Assembly (NCBI GenBank): GCA_963717465.1
Contig: OY970340.1
Coordinates: forward strand, 1,248,001 to 1,312,000
Direction: 5' to 3'
Origin: Candidatus Bathyarchaeota archaeon
GTDB lineage: Archaea > Thermoproteota > Bathyarchaeia > Bathyarchaeales > Bathycorpusculaceae
DNA length: 64,000 bases
The translations under genes and the position numbers were made by a program. The notes under the pieces are model-generated. The model was not told the origin of the DNA, did no database searches, and saw only the letters and a list, made by a program, of their open reading frames with translations. Of the stretch, positions 62,512 to 64,000 are shown in pieces. Numbering within the stretch: the stretch's first letter is position 1; every line of letters begins with the position of its first letter.

Positions 62512-63603
62512 ATGGTTAGCATAAAAAGAATCTTAGCAGACTTTAATGTGTTCAGACATGGTTATGTCAAAAACAGGATGGGACTGTTCTTTGCCCTGGC
62601 GTTTCCAGTCATTTTGATCATGATTTTCGGCATGATCTTCTCGACTAGTTCGGGAACTGTAACTGTTTATGTCCAGAACCAGGATGGCGGAGTAGTTTCA
62701 ACACAGTTTCTAAACGCACTCAACAGCACTGGCACCGTTAACCTGCAGATAGTCAGCAACTCCCAGAACTTCACACAGTACCTCCTAGATAATTCAGCAG
62801 CTGACGGCATAGTTATTCCCGCGAATTTCTCTGCTGCCTACCAAGCGGGCGACGCAGTCAACATAACCGAATACGGCAACCCTGCTTCAAGCACAAGCAG
62901 CATAGTATCAAGCGCTGTTAATGGAGTATCGAACTACTTTAACATGCAACGGTATCACGGCTCCATCATAATAAGCGTCTCCCATACTACAGTTAACGTT
63001 GAGCAGGCATCCTATGTTGACGCGTTGATTCCCGGATTGATTGGGTTCTCAATGCTGGCTAGCTCGATGTCTTCGATGGTTAACCTCTCATCGGAATACA
63101 AGAAGGAGAAAATTTTTAAACAGTTGAGCCTGACGCCGCTGACGAAGATGGAGTGGCTAATCGCAAAGATCCTCTGGTACACCTGCCTTTCAGCCATTAG
63201 TCTCTTGCTCATGTACAGCATAGGAACCTTCATTTTTGGAGCCCAAATCACGTTGACCGTTTGGTTACTGCCGTTTCTAATCTTGGGTCCAATGTTGTTT
63301 GCGTCGCTAGGCATGTTGGTGGGCACCGTAACAAAGACCGTTGAAACAGCAGGCATAGTTGGAAACTTAATATCCTATCCAATGATGTTCCTGGCTGGCT
63401 CGTTCTTCCCCATTAGCCTGATGCCTCAGTACTTGCAAACAATCGCCCACGCATTGCCCCTATACTACATCGTTGACGGCTTAAGCGCAACCATGGTGTA
63501 CGCAGACTACACGCAAGCAATCATTGACATCGCTGTAGTTGCAGCAATCACTGTCGTGGTCTTCGTCGCGGCGACAAAGTTGTTCAAATGGAGGGAGGAT
63601 TAA
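62512..63603 (+). CDS. ABC-2 transporter permease
   Basis: FALAFP, PGLIG, PMMFLAGSFFP, FKWRE. Confidence 0.92.
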   Translation: MVSIKRILADFNVFRHGYVKNRMGLFFALAFPVILIMIFGMIFSTSSGTVTVYVQNQDGGVVSTQFLNALNSTGTVNLQIVSNSQNFTQYLLDNSAADGIVIPANFSAAYQAGDAVNITEYGNPASSTSSIVSSAVNGVSNYFNMQRYHGSIIISVSHTTVNVEQASYVDALIPGLIGFSMLASSMSSMVNLSSEYKKEKIFKQLSLTPLTKMEWLIAKILWYTCLSAISLLLMYSIGTFIFGAQITLTVWLLPFLILGPMLFASLGMLVGTVTKTVETAGIVGNLISYPMMFLAGSFFPISLMPQYLQTIAHALPLYYIVDGLSATMVYADYTQAIIDIAVVAAITVVVFVAATKLFKWRED

Positions 63604-63666
63604 GGCAGCTTCCAAGCTGAAACTCCCTTCTTCTAAAATTTGCAATGTTCAGGAGGTGTCTTAGCA

Positions 63667-63855
63667 ATGAATACTGCGTACAGAGGAATTTTTTGGGCAG
63701 TCATAGGGGTAATCGTGGCAGCCGCAGGCATAGTAGACATGTTGCAGGAAGTCAATATAATTACGATCAATGAAGACGTGTTCGGTTCACTTATCCTTAT
63801 TTTAATCGGCGTTTGGATAATAGTTGCGGCTGTCATTAGGGCAGGCAAACGCTAA
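63667..63855 (+). CDS. Small 2-TM membrane protein
   Basis: GGAGGTG SD before ATG 63667; two hydrophobic helices. Confidence 0.6.
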   Translation: MNTAYRGIFWAVIGVIVAAAGIVDMLQEVNIITINEDVFGSLILILIGVWIIVAAVIRAGKR

Positions 63856-64000
63856 GGGGTAGAAAGAGTTAAAACCATTTCTTATCCATCTTTCTTTTCA
63901 ATTCTTGAAAGCTTGTTAAGGCTGAGTATGGTATGACAAAAGATAACGATTCGGCGAAAAATGAGCCCGTAGAGAGCATCGATGCAATCTACCTTCCATT

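Noticed and set aside
6184..63848. Many short antisense or nested ORFs in the track
   Set aside because: They overlap well-supported genes and lack recognisable motifs

Overview
Archaeal chromosome segment, most likely Bathyarchaeia (inferred from egsA, 7S SRP RNA, the Sm-L37e pair, pantoate kinase/PPAT, multiple AORs, PAS kinases and TATA/BRE promoters). At least 15 genes, including essential rpo5, are split by single-base frameshifts, which I read as uncorrected sequencing indels rather than pseudogenes. Contents: the right part of an IS6-like transposon carrying a DNA methyltransferase and an AbrB-like gene; egsA; FKBP; SRP RNA; trpEGDCBA without trpF; tRNA-Lys(CTT) followed by an accessory region (SCP2/SDR/AOR/MoaD/TrmB cassette bounded by an exact 16-bp direct repeat, a GH5, a second AOR with a ModE box, a CatB-like acetyltransferase); CoA genes; SPFH/NfeD/HtrA; a reductase-adenylation fusion; SufCB (Sms-type); nrdR-nrdD-nrdG with paired NrdR boxes; ModE; and an ABC-2 exporter. 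Strongest leads: a stand-alone Rpo5 with a eukaryote-like RPB5 jaw domain, the carrier-less reductase/acyl-CoA ligase fusion, the repeat-bounded cassette with a phased palindrome array, and the passenger-carrying IS6-like element.
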